Shown here: positions 61,246 through 64,000 of the stretch, piece after piece
Layout: each line of letters starts with the position of its first letter
Numbering within the stretch: the stretch's first letter is position 1
Source: Pirellulales bacterium
GTDB taxonomy: Bacteria; Planctomycetota; Planctomycetia; Pirellulales; JAICIG01
NCBI GenBank assembly: GCA_035550375.1
Contig: DASZPH010000038.1
Coordinates: 90,667 to 154,666 of the forward strand
Direction: 5' to 3'
DNA: 64,000 bases
The notes under the pieces: model-generated
What the model was told of the DNA's origin: nothing
Seen by the model: the letters and a program-made list of their open reading frames with translations, nothing else
Database searches by the model: none
Made by a program: the position numbers and the translations under genes

Positions 61246-63239
61246 TGCCGTGCTCCTTCCAGTTCCTCGCCCCGTTCCTCGGCCAGCCGTTCCGTCGCTT
61301 CGCGCACAAAATCCTGCTGGTCGGCGACCGCTTCAATCTGTTCCTTGACGGCCGCCGAGAGGGCCGCCAGACCGGCGCGGGAATGGTCCACCTCCTCCGT
61401 CCGCTGGTTAGTGCGGACCTGCAGCAGGCGGATCATTTTTAGTTCGGCGATCAATCGGTTCAATTCTCGCTGACGGTCGCGCTGGCCGCCGCGTTGGGCC
61501 TTTCGGTTCGACATCTTCGAGGAGGGAAGCTGCTTCATGGCGTCGAGCAGGGCCGCCAGGTCGGCTTCGATCTGCCGTTCGGCGTTCACCACTTTTTCGG
61601 ATCCGTCGCCTTCGGCCAGCGACGCCTGCACCGAACCCATCGCGTCGCGCACCATGAGGAGGGCCGCGGGCAGAGCGATGCCGAACTCGGTCTCCTCAAC
61701 GAGCGTGATCAGCTCGTTGGCCATTTCGACAATCCGCCCTTCCGATTTGCCCAGGCCCACGAGCGCCGTGGTCGCCTGCCGCGAGCCGGCCGCCGCTTTC
61801 GGGCCGACTAGTTCCGTCGATTCGCGCACGGCGACCTGCTTTTCGAGCATCAGCGTCAGCCCCTCCATGACTCGCCGCTTGACCTCGGCACGCAACTGGT
61901 CGAGCAGTTTTTCCGCCTCGTCTTCAAGCTGCTCCTTGGCGTACTTCAGCGAGTCGAGGGCCTGCTGCTGGTCTTCGCTGGCCCCTTCGGCCTGCTGGCT
62001 GCCAAGCTCCCCCTCGGCTTTCGACATGCTGGTGCCGGCCCGCAACATTTCTCCCAAGGCTCCCGCGCCGGATTCGCCCAGATCGCGGACCATTTGAGTG
62101 ATCCCTTCGGTAAGCTGCCGGTTTTGCGCCTGGTCGCGTTGCATGGCCGCGAAATTGGCCTGCTTGATCTCTTCTTCCAGCCGGTGTTCGGCCTCCGCCG
62201 TCTCGTCGCGTTCTTTCTCGAGCGCGGCGAGCGCTTCTTTCTCTGCCGGGAGCGCCTCCTCAGACTGCCGCTTTTCGAGCGACTCGGCGGCGGCACCCAT
62301 CTTCTCGTCCGCGGTGACCAGATTCTTGGCCTCCTTGCCCGCTTGGGCTGCCGCGGAGGCGAGGGCCTTGGCACCCGCCTGGGTTTGGGACTGCTCTTTG
62401 GCCAAGTCGCCCGACGGGTTGTCCGCATCGTCGGCCGGTTTATCAGCGGCGGCCAGTTTCCCCGTGGCCTCGATGTGCCCTTGTTGCCGCGCGATCAACT
62501 CGTCAAGCGAGGCCCGCTTCTTGCGCAGACCATCCAGTTCTTTTTGTTTCTCGGCGGTGGCTTTCGAGTCGGTGCGTTCGCGATCCTCTTCCTTGATCGC
62601 CTTGTCGAGGCGCCGCAGCACCTCGCGAATCTGACGCAGGCGCTCCATCTGCATCTGGAAGTCGAGGTCGGTGGCCAGCAGAAGTTCGTGGAGCCGTTCC
62701 AGCTTGGAGAGAAGCTGCTTCTCTTCCACGACGGCTTCGCCAAGGCTGCGCTTGCCGAGCATCGCCTGGGCCTCTTTCATCTGATGGAGAATCAACTCTT
62801 CGCGGGCGAACTTGAGTCCCAGCATCAGCCGCGACGAGTTCTCCGGCTCCATCGACTTAAGCGCCTCCGAAAGCCGGTACATCCGTTCCTCAAGCTCCGT
62901 CATCTCCGCGGCGACTTTCGCCTGCCGGAAGCTGAGCACCTCGCCCGGCGCGATGCCGTCGGGATTCCCGCCGTCTTTGGCGTCGGACGGTTTGGCGTCT
63001 TCGCTTGGCCCGTCCTTCTTGACCGCCGGTTCGTTTTTCGCCCTGGCCTCCTCAGCCGCGGCCGCGATGCGCGTCGCCAGCAGAAGAAAAACGATCGCCA
63101 GAAAGAAGGCGAGCCACCAGGCGAGCCCCGCGGAACCTACGCGTCCCCATCCCTTCGAGCCGAATCGCGAAGCGTTCATAGTGTTTGTCTCCGACCCACG
63201 AGGCGTTTCTATTCTCGTATGCCAATTCGGGTGATGCAA
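61242..63239 (-). CDS. membrane-anchored long coiled-coil protein (DUF4175-like?)
   Basis: TM anchor LAWWLAFFLAIVFLLLATRIAAA followed by about 600 aa of Glu/Lys/Ala/Leu-rich heptad-like sequence. First gene of a 4-gene overlapping operon. Confidence 0.65.
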   Translation of the reverse strand: MHHPNWHTRIETPRGSETNTMNASRFGSKGWGRVGSAGLAWWLAFFLAIVFLLLATRIAAAAEEARAKNEPAVKKDGPSEDAKPSDAKDGGNPDGIAPGEVLSFRQAKVAAEMTELEERMYRLSEALKSMEPENSSRLMLGLKFAREELILHQMKEAQAMLGKRSLGEAVVEEKQLLSKLERLHELLLATDLDFQMQMERLRQIREVLRRLDKAIKEEDRERTDSKATAEKQKELDGLRKKRASLDELIARQQGHIEATGKLAAADKPADDADNPSGDLAKEQSQTQAGAKALASAAAQAGKEAKNLVTADEKMGAAAESLEKRQSEEALPAEKEALAALEKERDETAEAEHRLEEEIKQANFAAMQRDQAQNRQLTEGITQMVRDLGESGAGALGEMLRAGTSMSKAEGELGSQQAEGASEDQQQALDSLKYAKEQLEDEAEKLLDQLRAEVKRRVMEGLTLMLEKQVAVRESTELVGPKAAAGSRQATTALVGLGKSEGRIVEMANELITLVEETEFGIALPAALLMVRDAMGSVQASLAEGDGSEKVVNAERQIEADLAALLDAMKQLPSSKMSNRKAQRGGQRDRQRELNRLIAELKMIRLLQVRTNQRTEEVDHSRAGLAALSAAVKEQIEAVADQQDFVREATERLAEERGEELEGARQ

Positions 63240-63558
63240 TCACACCGGCCGAGACGCATGTTTGAGATGAGACCGGGTTTGCCCGGCCCCCATCAATCTA
63301 GCGATGAACGTCCCCCGTGCCTAACCTTTTTTGCGGAAAAACCGGGGTGATTCGCCGGACAGGCGCGCGCGGGAGGCGCGCGGTCCTCTCATGTGTTCCT
63401 TGTTGCCCCGCCTTGGTTTTCACCCGGAGACGATGCTGTGGGTGACGCTCTTCGTATCCGTGTTCCTCGCCCGGAAGTTTCTTTCGAGCGAGGACGGTGG
63501 CAGCGAGGCGGCGGACGCCGGCTCATCCGCCTACGCCGAATTATTCACCGGTCTAGGT

Positions 63559-63885
63559 CTAGAGATCGTCGCGGCAGGACGGCGGCAGATACGTCCGGCA
63601 ATTCGGGCAAAGCTGAAACGCCGCCGAAATGCGCTTGTGACAACGGGGGCAGGTCCTCCCCGGCGCTGGGGGCGGCGACGACGCAGCCGTCGGGCGCATG
63701 ATCACCGAACGATCTGGCTGGGCATCTCCTAGCACCGCCAGGATCGAGGTGTCGGACACCTCGCGACGCGGCTCAGGTTGAAGCGTGATTCGGCTGTGAC
63801 ATCGGGGACAAAGCCCCTCTTTGCCTGCGTCCTTGCCGTCGAAACGGAGTTTGTGCCCGTTGGGACAGCGCAGCTTGAACGTCAT
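63559..63885 (-). CDS. small double zinc-ribbon protein
   Basis: 108 aa. CPNGH...CPRCH at the N-terminus and CPRCH...CPNC at the C-terminus, giving two four-ligand ribbons separated by a Pro-rich linker. Confidence 0.55.
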   Translation of the reverse strand: MTFKLRCPNGHKLRFDGKDAGKEGLCPRCHSRITLQPEPRREVSDTSILAVLGDAQPDRSVIMRPTAASSPPPAPGRTCPRCHKRISAAFQLCPNCRTYLPPSCRDDL

Positions 63886-64000
63886 GGCGTATTCCTCCGA
63901 TTGGTCTGGTGAAGCCCCGGGGGATACGATGCGTTGCGATGATTCTTATGAGGCCAGACTACGGCGTCGGTAACGACGCAGATTAAAAAAGGCGGGCGGG

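Noticed and set aside
63331-63732. 133-aa plus-strand ORF overlapping the zinc-ribbon gene.
   Set aside because: It is Arg/Gly-rich and motif-free. The minus-strand frame carries four CxxC/CxxxH pairs in a regular arrangement, which is unlikely to arise by chance.

Overview
High-GC (by eye above 60%) bacterial chromosomal window. The gene content fits a Planctomycetota (Pirellulales-like) genome: YTV-type Cys repeats, DUF1569, NPCBM and CBM envelope proteins, and very many PAS/REC signalling proteins. I call about 52 protein-coding genes and one tRNA-Gln(UUG). I found no rRNA, CRISPR array, transposase, integrase or prophage signature.

Layout:
(i) 0-18 kb holds housekeeping and envelope genes. 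These are an SDR, an ECF sigma / anti-sigma / Met-rich secreted protein trio, ribF, ppx, a tandem YHS/TRASH-like protein, an orphan msrP, a beta-helix protein, and an SbcD/SbcC-like (YhaO/YhaN-type) pair.
(ii) 18.0-44.1 kb is a 26-kb signalling island made almost entirely of two-component genes: 9 histidine kinases and 10 stand-alone receiver proteins. Its only c-di-GMP-type output domains look catalytically degenerate, and no HPt domain is visible.
(iii) 44.4-46.9 kb is one monocistronic gene for an 825-aa secreted protein, about 14% Cys. It is built from two perfectly phased arrays of 16-aa repeats.
(iv) 47-64 kb holds rex, tRNA-Gln, an M19 dipeptidase, assorted metabolism genes, and a 4-gene overlapping envelope operon (CBM, NPCBM, coiled-coil proteins).

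The three best candidates for something new are:
- the YTV-type repeat protein, with its two-module, strictly Lys/His-alternating architecture;
- the signalling island, including a His-rich 5-6 TM sensor module shared by two otherwise different kinases and a CxC thioredoxin-fold protein wedged between two kinases;
- the SbcCD-like pair, in which the ATPase coiled coil is interrupted by a membrane hairpin and the nuclease has a degenerate phosphoesterase motif III.

All family assignments come from motif recognition by eye. No database search was run.
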